Below are positions 17,818 through 26,646 of a DNA stretch of 64,000 bases, piece by piece. The notes below the pieces were generated by a model, which saw only the letters and a program-made list of their open reading frames with translations, searched no databases and had not been told where the DNA came from. Source of the stretch: Myxococcota bacterium (GTDB taxonomy: Bacteria > Myxococcota_A > Polyangia > HGW-17); assembly GCA_018817795.1 (NCBI GenBank), contig JAHITJ010000208.1:43989-107988 (forward strand), read 5' to 3'. The translations under genes were made by a program, and so were the position numbers. The number at the start of each line of letters is the position of its first letter. Position 1 is the stretch's first letter.

Positions 17818-20274
17818 TCAACCCTTGCGCGACTTGAAGGAATGGAGCCACCGGCCCACGAAGAACCCGGACGGCACCAGAATCAATGCACACAGCAAAG
17901 TAGCAGAAAGTCCCAGGGTTGCCAAGCGTCCGATGGAGGACAGGCCCCCGTGCTGGACCCACAGCATGCCGGCAAAACCGACCAGCGTGGTCAGCGCGGC
18001 CATGCACACGGCCTGCCCGGTCCGGAAGAAGGCGGACCGCGGATCGGCCTCGTACTCGCGACCTGCGTGATACAGGTGCACCGAGGAGTCGATGCCCGTG
18101 CCGATGATCGTGGAGAGCACCACCATGTTGTACAGGCCCAGCCGCTGGCCCAGCAGCGGCAGCAGCGCCGCGATCCAGAACAGCGCGCCAACCAGCGGGA
18201 GGCTCACGACCACCGCAGCCGACAGCCGGCGGAAGTCGGCCAGCAGCAACAGGAACACGAGACCCAGCGCGGCAAACATGATGATCACGCCCTCGCGCCG
18301 GACCACCTCGAGGATGTCCACCAGGATGAACGAAGAGGACGCGGCCCGGGCACGGGCCCCCGGCGCGGCGCCCAGCGGCTCGAGATCAATCCGGGAGATG
18401 GCCTTCTTCAACTGGGCGGCCTCATGGGCATTCCAGGTCTCGCGAGCAGGATACAAATAGATAAACTTGCCCAACTCACCATTGCTCTCCGTGAAGCGCA
18501 GGCGGATCCATTCGGGCAGGTCCGGCGGGCCGATGGGCACCGAGGGCACATACTGCAGATAATGATTGATCTTCTTCTGCAGGTTCTCGTCGGCCCAGTC
18601 CTGCACCTGCATGAGTTGCTCGCGGATCTTCTCGAGGATGGCCAGCTTGGCCTCCTGCTGCTTCGGGATGAACGAATACATGCTGTTCATGTCCCGGATC
18701 TCGGGGTGGTGCAGCGGCCGCGTGAGCTGGTCCTCCCAGTACTTGGTGAGCTTCTCGCAGTCGGCCGCGGAGTCGCACATCATCACCGTCGGGGAGGCGC
18801 GATCACCCATGGCCTTGCCGTACTGCACGGAGGTGGACGGATTACCCGAGAGCCGCCGGAAGTTCGTCTCGAACTCCAGGCGGGACAGACCCCACGGCAG
18901 AAACAGGGCCGAGGCGATGAAGAACGTCGCCAGCACGAACACGCTCTTCCTCGGGAAGCGGCTGGGATCCCCGGCGGGCCCGAAGTTCCACTCCCAGCCC
19001 GAGCGCGGCCGCAGGGTGAACAACCGCTCCAGCAGCACGGCGAAAACCGGGAAGAAGAAGAAGAAGGACAGCATGGTCAGCAGCACGCCGGTGCCCGCGA
19101 TCAGGCCAAACTCCCAGAACCCGCGGAAGTTCGAAAAGAACAGCAGGTACAGGGCGCCGGAGGTGGTGGCAGCGGCCGTCAGCAGGGCCCGGCCCGAGGC
19201 CGTCATCGTGCGGGTCAGCGCCTCCTCCAGCGGGGAGAGCGTGCGCTCATGGAAATAGCGGACCGACAGGTGCACGCCGAAGTCGATGCCCATCCCCAGC
19301 AGGATGCCGCCGATGAAGGCGGTGATGATGTTGAGCTTGTCCACGGCCACGCCGCGGGTGATGCCCAGCGTGATCAGGATCCCCAGGATCAGCGGAAGGA
19401 AGATCAGCGGAAGGGGCCGCAGGGACCGGAAGAACAGCACCACCAGCAGTGCGATCAGGCCAAAGGAGAGCAGAAACGAGGAGGTGATGTCCTTCAGGAT
19501 CGAGTCGTACTCGGCCACGCGGTTGCGGTAGCCGCCACCCACCTCCACCTTCGGATGGGGCGTGGGAAAATCCTGCAGCACCATCGCAATCAGCGCCTCG
19601 GTGCGGTACACCAGGCTGCGCGCGGTCGCCATGTCCACCGACAGCATCTGTGGCTTGGCGATGACCGCCAGGATGGTTCCGTCGGGGGAGGCAAAGTAGC
19701 CTTCCAGGCCTTTGGGCTTCTTCCCGGCCGCTGTCTGCTGGAACTCGCCGGGGACGCGGGCCCGGACGTCGCTGTTGCGCACGATGTCCTCGAGCTTCTT
19801 CTCCTCGGGATCCTCGCCCTCGGGCAGCACGAGCAGCCCCATGGACTTGAGCCGCGAACGCCCAACCACGGTCTTCAACTGGGCCAGCAGTTGCTCCAGC
19901 CGGGGCAGGTCGAAATACAGCAGGGCGTTGCGCTTGAAGAAGTCCACCTCCACGCGGGCGGAGATTTCCGACAGGTCCGAGAAGTCCCGCCGCATGGCGA
20001 ACACCAGCGCGTCGGCGACCTCGCGGTTGCGCTCGGGGTCGGGTCCCTCGATGCCGACGATCAGGAAATCCGTGCTGCCGATGCGCCGGGAGGCCTCCCT
20101 GGCCGTCTTCACGGACTCCGTGTTCTTTGGAAGCAGCAGGTTGAGGTTCGTGGAAAGCCCCAGCCGCGAGGTGCCGAACAGCCCCGCAGCCAGCAGGAGC
20201 CCGAACACACCCAGCCACAGCAGCGGGCGCGCGATCGCCTGTCTTGTCCACCAGGTCAGCCACTTCTCGATCAT
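17818..20274 (-). CDS. MMPL/RND-superfamily exporter (HpnN-like, two SSD/MMPL 6-TM bundles)
   Basis: 818 aa, N-terminal TM, two MMPL domains (..LGMGIDFGVHLSVRYFHER.. / ..IIGTGIDSSVHLYHAGREY..), large periplasmic loops. Confidence 0.85.
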   Translation of the reverse strand: MIEKWLTWWTRQAIARPLLWLGVFGLLLAAGLFGTSRLGLSTNLNLLLPKNTESVKTAREASRRIGSTDFLIVGIEGPDPERNREVADALVFAMRRDFSDLSEISARVEVDFFKRNALLYFDLPRLEQLLAQLKTVVGRSRLKSMGLLVLPEGEDPEEKKLEDIVRNSDVRARVPGEFQQTAAGKKPKGLEGYFASPDGTILAVIAKPQMLSVDMATARSLVYRTEALIAMVLQDFPTPHPKVEVGGGYRNRVAEYDSILKDITSSFLLSFGLIALLVVLFFRSLRPLPLIFLPLILGILITLGITRGVAVDKLNIITAFIGGILLGMGIDFGVHLSVRYFHERTLSPLEEALTRTMTASGRALLTAAATTSGALYLLFFSNFRGFWEFGLIAGTGVLLTMLSFFFFFPVFAVLLERLFTLRPRSGWEWNFGPAGDPSRFPRKSVFVLATFFIASALFLPWGLSRLEFETNFRRLSGNPSTSVQYGKAMGDRASPTVMMCDSAADCEKLTKYWEDQLTRPLHHPEIRDMNSMYSFIPKQQEAKLAILEKIREQLMQVQDWADENLQKKINHYLQYVPSVPIGPPDLPEWIRLRFTESNGELGKFIYLYPARETWNAHEAAQLKKAISRIDLEPLGAAPGARARAASSSFILVDILEVVRREGVIIMFAALGLVFLLLLADFRRLSAAVVVSLPLVGALFWIAALLPLLGQRLGLYNMVVLSTIIGTGIDSSVHLYHAGREYEADPRSAFFRTGQAVCMAALTTLVGFAGMLWVQHGGLSSIGRLATLGLSATLLCALILVPSGFFVGRWLHSFKSRKG

Positions 20275-20282
20275 TCAGATGC

Positions 20283-22085
20283 CTATTCCCACTCGATGGT
20301 GCCCGGCGGCTTGGTGGAGAGATCCAGCAGCACCGTGGTGACGGTGGGGATCCCCAGAAGTTCGGGCACCACCGCGTCAAAGAACGCCTGCGGCAGCTCC
20401 GGAACCCGCGCGGTCATGCCCCGCTCGGAGGACACCGGACGCAGCACGATCGCGCAGCCGGCGGCATCGTTCGAGAAGGACACCGGAAGCAGCACCACCG
20501 GGAACTGCCAGACGGCGTCCATCAGGTCCTGGCCCCGCAGGGCGCCCGTGACGATCGCGTCTGCCTGCTGCAGCGTGCGGACGCGGTCAGGCGTGCAGGA
20601 TCCGGGGACGCAGGAGACCTTCGAGAATGCGGGACCCAGGTTCCACACGATGCGGTTGATCCCCGGAAGGGTCTTCAGGCGCGTGGCCACCAGGTCGGCC
20701 CCGGGCAGCACTCCCGACAGGCACAGCGGCAGCTCATAGGACCGCAGGTCCGCCTTCACGCCCACCGAGCGCAGCGGCAGCACGGTGGCCTGCATGCCCT
20801 CTGGCCAGACGGCCTCGTCGATGGCGGCCTGCACCACGGCCCGCTCCGCCGGCTCACGACCGTCGGAGGCCAGCACGCGCACGGCCAGGCCCGGACCCGG
20901 GAACGGGTGCCGGTCGATCCATTCGCCGGGGAGACCCAGCGCGCGTCCCAGGTCGCGCACTTCCTTCTTGTACAGGTCAGCGATGGGCTCGAGCACGCGG
21001 CCGGCGCGGATCATCTCCTCGATCAGGGGCACCCGGTTGTGGTGCGTCTTGATGACGTGCGCCCGGCGCGTGCCGCCGCTCTCGATGGTGTCGGGGTAGA
21101 TCGTGCCTTGCGCCAGCAGCGCGTCGGACAGGTTCAGCCGTGACATCTCCTCCTCGCAGACGGCGACGAAGAGCTCCCCGATGATCTTCCTCTTCTCCTC
21201 GGGGGAGATCACCCCGGCCAGCGCTTCGAAGAACCGCTGCGAGGCATCGACGAAGTGGAACCGATCACCCACGCGGCCGGCGAACAGATCCCGTACCTGG
21301 TCGCTCTCGCGTTCACGCATGAAACCGGTGTCCACGTGCAGCATGTGCACGCGCTCCCCGGGCAGCGCCCGCAGCAGCAGCTCGGCCACGACCGAGGAGT
21401 CCACGCCGCCGGACACCAGCAGGAACACGTCGCGATCGCCCACGGTACTGCGGATCGAGGCCAGCTTCTCGGGCAGGAAATTCTCCGCGCTCCAGGTCTT
21501 TTCGCAGCCGCAGATCCCGGCAAAGTTTTCGAGCATCACGTGACCGAACACGCTGTCGTCGACCTCGGGATGATACTGGAAGCCGTAGCGCCGCCGGTCT
21601 TCGTCGGCGATCGCGGCGAAGTGATGCACCGTGCCGTCGGCCGTGGAGCTGGTCCCGAGCTCCGAGAAGCCCTCGCCCACGGAGGTCACGGTGTCGCCGT
21701 GGCTCATGAACACGATGCTCTGCTTGGGCACATTGCGAAATATCGGTGAGTCCACTGTGATCTCGAGGGTGGATTGGCCGTACTCGGGCTGCCCGTGGAT
21801 GACCGTGCCGCCGTAGTGCTTGGCAATCTCCTGATGGCCGAAGCAGAAGCCCAGGATCGGGATCGGGAGGTCGAGGATCCGTCCCACCGCGGAGCCGTCC
21901 TCGTCGTAGGCAGAGAGGGAGGGGCTTCCGGAGAGCACGACGCCGCAGGAACGCGCAATCTCGTCAAGCGGGGCCTCGGGATCGGCGATGACGGCGTGAT
22001 ACCCGAGACCGCGGAACTTCGCCGCTATCAGGTGTGCATACTGGCCGCCGAGATCGATGACGGTGATGGGCAGATGCTGGGTCAT
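20283..22085 (-). CDS. guaA: GMP synthase (glutamine-hydrolysing), long form (600 aa)
   Basis: Class-I GATase GFCFGHQ, PP-loop LVSGGVDSS, C-terminal ...PPGTIEWE; GGAGG RBS. Internal start of ORF 20283..22172. Confidence 0.9.
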   Translation of the reverse strand: MTQHLPITVIDLGGQYAHLIAAKFRGLGYHAVIADPEAPLDEIARSCGVVLSGSPSLSAYDEDGSAVGRILDLPIPILGFCFGHQEIAKHYGGTVIHGQPEYGQSTLEITVDSPIFRNVPKQSIVFMSHGDTVTSVGEGFSELGTSSTADGTVHHFAAIADEDRRRYGFQYHPEVDDSVFGHVMLENFAGICGCEKTWSAENFLPEKLASIRSTVGDRDVFLLVSGGVDSSVVAELLLRALPGERVHMLHVDTGFMRERESDQVRDLFAGRVGDRFHFVDASQRFFEALAGVISPEEKRKIIGELFVAVCEEEMSRLNLSDALLAQGTIYPDTIESGGTRRAHVIKTHHNRVPLIEEMIRAGRVLEPIADLYKKEVRDLGRALGLPGEWIDRHPFPGPGLAVRVLASDGREPAERAVVQAAIDEAVWPEGMQATVLPLRSVGVKADLRSYELPLCLSGVLPGADLVATRLKTLPGINRIVWNLGPAFSKVSCVPGSCTPDRVRTLQQADAIVTGALRGQDLMDAVWQFPVVLLPVSFSNDAAGCAIVLRPVSSERGMTARVPELPQAFFDAVVPELLGIPTVTTVLLDLSTKPPGTIEWE

Positions 22086-22214
22086 GCAGCCTCCTTCTGG
22101 CCCAAGCTGTATAACAGATCCACCCGCGCGTGGCAATGTGTTGCGACGGCAACGCCTCGCGGAAAATTGCACATGTAGACAAATAGTGCTAGTGTATACC
22201 CATGTAGGTGAATC

Positions 22215-22916
22215 ATGTTTACGATGGCTCCCGTCTGGTTTTCCCTGTTATATTTTTTTCAGCCTGTCACCATCTTGATCGACGCCGGGCACGGCGGCAC
22301 CAACCTTGGTGCCGAAGCCGTGGACGGGACCTGGGAAAAGGTGCTCACCCTGGACCTCGCCCAGCGTCTGGAGCGGGCGCTTTCGGTCTACCCCGTGCGC
22401 ACGGAGATGACCCGCCGCCAGGATGTGCACGTCGGCCTGTGGCGGCGCGCCGAGATGGTCCGGCAGATCCGGCCGGCCTGCTTCGTGTCCCTGCACTTCA
22501 ACGCCAGTCCGCTCAAGAGCCGCACCGGGCTGGAACTGTACTTTCCCAGGGAGGATCTTGCCAAGTCGCCCGGGGCACGCCTTCGCGCACCCGCCGACGG
22601 AGGCCTGCTGGTGGAGGGCTACCTGTCCCGGCTGCAGAAGGAGACCTGGACTGTCGGTTCCCGGAACCTCGCCCGAAGGCTCGCCTGGCGCCTCGACGCC
22701 GCGGGCTTCAGGGTGGCTCAGGTCGCGCCCGCCGCGTTTGACGTGATCACGGCCACCGATACGCGCGCCCTGCTCGTGGAAGGAGGCTTCATCGATCACG
22801 AGAGGGAGGGGTGGAAGATCCTGGAGCCGGCGTACCGCGAGCAACTGGCCGTCAACCTGGCCCGCCAGTTGGCCACCCTCTGCATCGAGCCTGTGGAGAA
22901 TCAGATCACCTGGTGA
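22215..22916 (+). CDS. N-acetylmuramoyl-L-alanine amidase (Amidase_3 family)
   Basis: IDAGHGGTNLGA ... VSLHFNAS Zn-amidase motifs. Confidence 0.8.
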   Translation: MFTMAPVWFSLLYFFQPVTILIDAGHGGTNLGAEAVDGTWEKVLTLDLAQRLERALSVYPVRTEMTRRQDVHVGLWRRAEMVRQIRPACFVSLHFNASPLKSRTGLELYFPREDLAKSPGARLRAPADGGLLVEGYLSRLQKETWTVGSRNLARRLAWRLDAAGFRVAQVAPAAFDVITATDTRALLVEGGFIDHEREGWKILEPAYREQLAVNLARQLATLCIEPVENQITW

Positions 22917-25029
22917 ATCTCTGCGTGCGGAACGAGTCGGCCACCGACCCGATGAAGGGCTGGACCGAGGGACCGCACCGCCGGTCATACACGAAGCGCA
23001 GCACCCATAGCATGCGGTCCTCGACCTTGATGAAGATCTTTTCGTTGCCGGGGGTTTTTTCGAAGGTGAACGAGTACTCCACCTCGGTCCATCCGGGCAG
23101 GAGGCGACGCTCCAGGAGCGTCAGTCCGTCCTTTTTTCCCTGCGCCTGGTGTTGCACGAGGTACTGCTCGATGACCTCGGCCTCGGTGCGGCTGCCCTCG
23201 GGCAGCTCGGCCTGATTGACGGAGACCGTCGGCATCAGTTTGCACATCGGGTTCTGCAGGCTCTCCACACCGGCCTGCCAGAACACCGGCGCGGTCATCG
23301 AGATCTCATATCCGCCCTGCCGCCAGGACATCGGGGTCAGTCGCGCCTTCCCCTGGTGCCGCACCACCTGCACCACGCTCAAAATCACCAGCAGGCATGC
23401 GACGATCCCGAGGCCGCGGAGCACCCATCTGCGCCAGGCACCGGTCGAGCCGAACACCAGGAAGAACCAGCCCAGGAAGGTGCCGCCGAGGAAGCCGCCG
23501 ATATGGGCCGCATTGTCGATCATGGACATGGAAAACCCCAGCAGCAGGTTCAGCAGCAGCAGAAACACGAGGTTCTGAATCTGCTTCTTCCGCCAGACCG
23601 GATGCCACAGATCCCGGGCGATGACGAACATCATCAGCACCGCACCGATCATGCCGAACACGGTGCTCGATGCGCCCACCGACAGGCCCTGCCGATAGAT
23701 CAGCGCTGAGGCGATGTTCCCGGTGATGCCGGAGAAGACGAACACGGCCATGGTGCGCAAAAAGCCGAAGTGCACCTCGAGAATCCGGCCGAACATGAAC
23801 ATCATCAGACCGTTGAGCAGCAGGTGGATCAGACCTGCGTGCAGGAACATGGCCATCACCAGCCGCCAGGGCTCCTCGAACACGCTGAGGGCCCGAAAGT
23901 TCGCCCCCAGTTGGTACAGGGTCCACAGGTCATCGGATTCGCCCAGCCAGGACTGTGCGAAGAAGGCCACCAGCATGCCCCCCAGGAAGAGCCCAGTGGC
24001 GATGGGCGGCTTGGGGCCGCGCACCTGCGCGAACCGCACCGGAACCTGAGAGGCCATACGCTCGAGCTCCTTCTCCAAATCGGAAGTCGGCGAGGCCAGT
24101 TTCTCGGTACCACGCAGGTCCAGCTCGCGGGCCAGCCGGTCCAGGATCGGGTTCTCACGGGCCAGCGCCGGGGGAAACTGAAGATAGCCCGAAGCCTTCT
24201 CGAGGTTGCCTTCCTGAAGATGGGACAGACCCAGCCAATACCGCTTGGAACTGACGGGAAACACGGGATGGCTTCGATGCACCGGGGACAGCGCACGCTC
24301 GAGTTGGTCGGAGTACCCATACGCTGCCAGCAGCATGATCTCCGACGACAGCAGCGCCGAGGAAACGGTGGGATCGGCCGGGTCAAACTTCTGCAACTCC
24401 CGGTAGAAAGCCCAGATCCGAACAGCGTCGCGGCTCTCCAGGCTCGCCCGGATCAGGGCCACGGCGAGCGTGGGCCGGCTCAGGCGGGTCATGCCCTCCT
24501 GCACCATGCGTTCATGCAGGGCCAGGCAGCGCTCCCACTGCCCGGAAAAAGCAAGCAGTTCCAGCAGCGTCTCCTGCATCAGTCGCTTGCCCGCCGGATC
24601 CGCGGCGCGGGAGATCTCGGACAGAAGATCCCGCTCGATCTCCTCGACATGGCCCGCGTGCGCCTTCCTCAGGCGTGCCACGTGCTCGAGCTGGCGACGG
24701 CCCTCCCTCGAGGGCGCGAAGACCTGCTTGATCGAGAGCAGGTGTGTGGCGAGATCCCAGCGGGCCTTTCCCATGGCGAACTGGGTGAGCAGCGCCAGGA
24801 TGCCCGGGATCAGGACCGCGCCGACGAAGATGCCGATGCCCAGCCAGGACCAGATCGAGGTCAGCCGTTCCGGCGAGGACAGCGCGTAGCCGCACAGGGC
24901 CGCATCCGCAGAGAGCAGCAGGTTGTGTGGCAGGTCCGCCATGAAGCCCTCGCGAAAGCGGCGGACCAACTGGAAGCCCAGGTTGATGACGAAAAGGAGG
25001 AGGAGAAAGCGGAGTATGTTTGGATCCAT
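22906..25029 (-). CDS. Rhomboid-family intramembrane serine protease with N-terminal cytoplasmic TPR-like domain
   Basis: GASSTVFG (GxSG) and AHIGGFLGG catalytic motifs in a TM core. Start MDPNILRFLLLLFVINLGF. Confidence 0.8.
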   Translation of the reverse strand: MDPNILRFLLLLFVINLGFQLVRRFREGFMADLPHNLLLSADAALCGYALSSPERLTSIWSWLGIGIFVGAVLIPGILALLTQFAMGKARWDLATHLLSIKQVFAPSREGRRQLEHVARLRKAHAGHVEEIERDLLSEISRAADPAGKRLMQETLLELLAFSGQWERCLALHERMVQEGMTRLSRPTLAVALIRASLESRDAVRIWAFYRELQKFDPADPTVSSALLSSEIMLLAAYGYSDQLERALSPVHRSHPVFPVSSKRYWLGLSHLQEGNLEKASGYLQFPPALARENPILDRLARELDLRGTEKLASPTSDLEKELERMASQVPVRFAQVRGPKPPIATGLFLGGMLVAFFAQSWLGESDDLWTLYQLGANFRALSVFEEPWRLVMAMFLHAGLIHLLLNGLMMFMFGRILEVHFGFLRTMAVFVFSGITGNIASALIYRQGLSVGASSTVFGMIGAVLMMFVIARDLWHPVWRKKQIQNLVFLLLLNLLLGFSMSMIDNAAHIGGFLGGTFLGWFFLVFGSTGAWRRWVLRGLGIVACLLVILSVVQVVRHQGKARLTPMSWRQGGYEISMTAPVFWQAGVESLQNPMCKLMPTVSVNQAELPEGSRTEAEVIEQYLVQHQAQGKKDGLTLLERRLLPGWTEVEYSFTFEKTPGNEKIFIKVEDRMLWVLRFVYDRRCGPSVQPFIGSVADSFRTQRFTR

Positions 25030-25189
25030 GTTATCGCTCAGAGGACGCTGTAGCCGATGTTCAGATGGCCTAAACGGAAGGAAAGTCGAAACTGCATGTT
25101 TCTCACTGCCCGTGAAAGGCCGCAACAGGCATACCGCACCCGGAAAAAGTCACAACCGGAAAAAACTCGATTCCGCGAATTTCTTGAAT

Positions 25190-26125
25190 TCATTCATGAA
25201 TCATTCCAATCCATCGCGCAATTTCCTCGGTCGGAAGATCCGCCGCAGAAAGGACCTGCCCCGGAAAATCGCGAAACCAGGTCCGCTGCTGCTTCACGTA
25301 TTTCTCGTGGGCGTGGACAATGGCCTCCTCCAGTTGCTCCCGCGGGAGTTCGCCCCGCAGGCATGCGGCCACCTCCCGGTAGCCCACCGAGGACAGGGAG
25401 CGCACCCCGGAACCGTACCTCTCCAGAAGGTCGCGGACCTCGTCAGTGAATCCGGCCGCAAGCATCTCACGCACCCGGATGCGGATGCGCGCCTGCAGCA
25501 CCTCGCGAGGTGGGTTGATCACGAAGATGAGGGACTCACAAGGAGCCGCCCTGGAAGCGTCCTTCCTGTGGTGTTCGGAGAGGGGGATCCGGGTCTTATC
25601 CCAGACCTCCAGCGCCCGAATCAGGCGGATCCGGTCGTGGGGATGAAGCCTGCCAGCCGTTTCAGGATCCACCTGCGCCAGTCGCGTATGCAGGGTCCCC
25701 GGGACCGCGTCCTCCTCGGCGTTGCACCGGTCCCGGAAGGCCCAGTCCGCGGCCGGTCCATCGAACAAGCCGTGGGTGAGGGAACGCAGATACAGACCCG
25801 TTCCGCCGGCGACGATGGGGAAGCGCCCCCTGGCCCTGATTCCGGCGATGCTCGCCAGCGCCGCGCGCTGGTACTCCCCGACGGAATACGCAGCATCAGG
25901 CTCGATCAGATCGATGCAATGATGGGGCACCAGGGCACGCTCGGCGCACGTCGGCTTGGCCGAGCCGATATCGAGGTGACGATAGACCTGCACGGAGTCG
26001 GCGCTCACAATCTCCCCGTCGAACCGCCGGGCGAGCTCGATCGCGGCTGCAGTCTTTCCCGAGGCGGTGGGACCTGCGAGCACCAGAATGCGCCAATTCT
26101 TTTCGTCTTCAGGCATGGAAGCCAT
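25190..26125 (-). CDS. miaA: tRNA dimethylallyltransferase
   Basis: ILVLAGPTASGKTAAAIELARRFDGEIVSADSVQVYRHLDIGSAKPT. Start MASMPED (alternative 26116). Confidence 0.9.
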   Translation of the reverse strand: MASMPEDEKNWRILVLAGPTASGKTAAAIELARRFDGEIVSADSVQVYRHLDIGSAKPTCAERALVPHHCIDLIEPDAAYSVGEYQRAALASIAGIRARGRFPIVAGGTGLYLRSLTHGLFDGPAADWAFRDRCNAEEDAVPGTLHTRLAQVDPETAGRLHPHDRIRLIRALEVWDKTRIPLSEHHRKDASRAAPCESLIFVINPPREVLQARIRIRVREMLAAGFTDEVRDLLERYGSGVRSLSSVGYREVAACLRGELPREQLEEAIVHAHEKYVKQQRTWFRDFPGQVLSAADLPTEEIARWIGMIHE

Positions 26126-26306
26126 CTCCCGGGACTGCCCAAAGATCCCCGACCGCCGCGGCCAGCTCCATCTCAAGGCCGCTGCAGTGTACCTTCCACC
26201 GATCCCATTGACAACTGGCACCTGGTCCGGTTTTTTTACTTGCTTTTGCAGTGGAATTCCTCTAATGCTTTGGTCGGTTGAGAAAGGACTCCACCTTTCT
26301 CCATCC

Positions 26307-26393
26307 GGAGAGATGTCCGAGTGGTCGAAGGAGCCTGACTCGAAATCAGGTGTACGAGTAATCGTACCGGGGGTTCGAATCCCTTTCTCTCCG
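26307..26393 (+). tRNA. tRNA-Ser (anticodon CGA)
   Basis: Hand-folded: acceptor GGAGAGA/TCTCTCC, anticodon stem CCTGA/TCAGG with loop CTCGAAA, long variable arm, T-loop GGTTCGAATCC. Confidence 0.85.
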
Positions 26394-26433
26394 CAATGAG
26401 CGCGCCTGCGCGCGAACGGCCTGCTTGATTATT

Positions 26434-26521
26434 GGAGAGATGTCCGAGTGGCCGAAGGAGCACGATTGGAAATCGTGTGTATCGCGAGGTACCGAGGGTT
26501 CGAATCCCTCTCTCTCCGCCA
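26434..26521 (+). tRNA. tRNA-Ser (anticodon GGA), CCA encoded
   Basis: Acceptor GGAGAGA/TCTCTCC, anticodon stem CACGA/TCGTG loop TTGGAAA, long variable arm, GGTTCGAATCC T-loop, 3' GCCA. Confidence 0.85.
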
Positions 26522-26646
26522 TCCCAGCCTTTGAGGCTCCGGGCGACGCGAGTTTTGTGAACCCCGCCAGATCCGGAAGGAAGCAACGGTAGCTGTACGA
26601 GCGGGTGCCTGGAGCCTCAAGGGCTGTTCTTTTCTGGGAGCCTTTC

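Noticed and set aside
17842-20739. 965-aa + ORF
   Set aside because: Antisense to the MMPL transporter and the guaA 3' end; His/Gln/Arg/Gly-rich shadow.
26605-26646. Annotated GTG start of dnaX at 26605
   Set aside because: No RBS upstream. The GTG at 26647 has GGGAG at the right spacing and gives the canonical M-x-YxxLARRYRPQ N-terminus.
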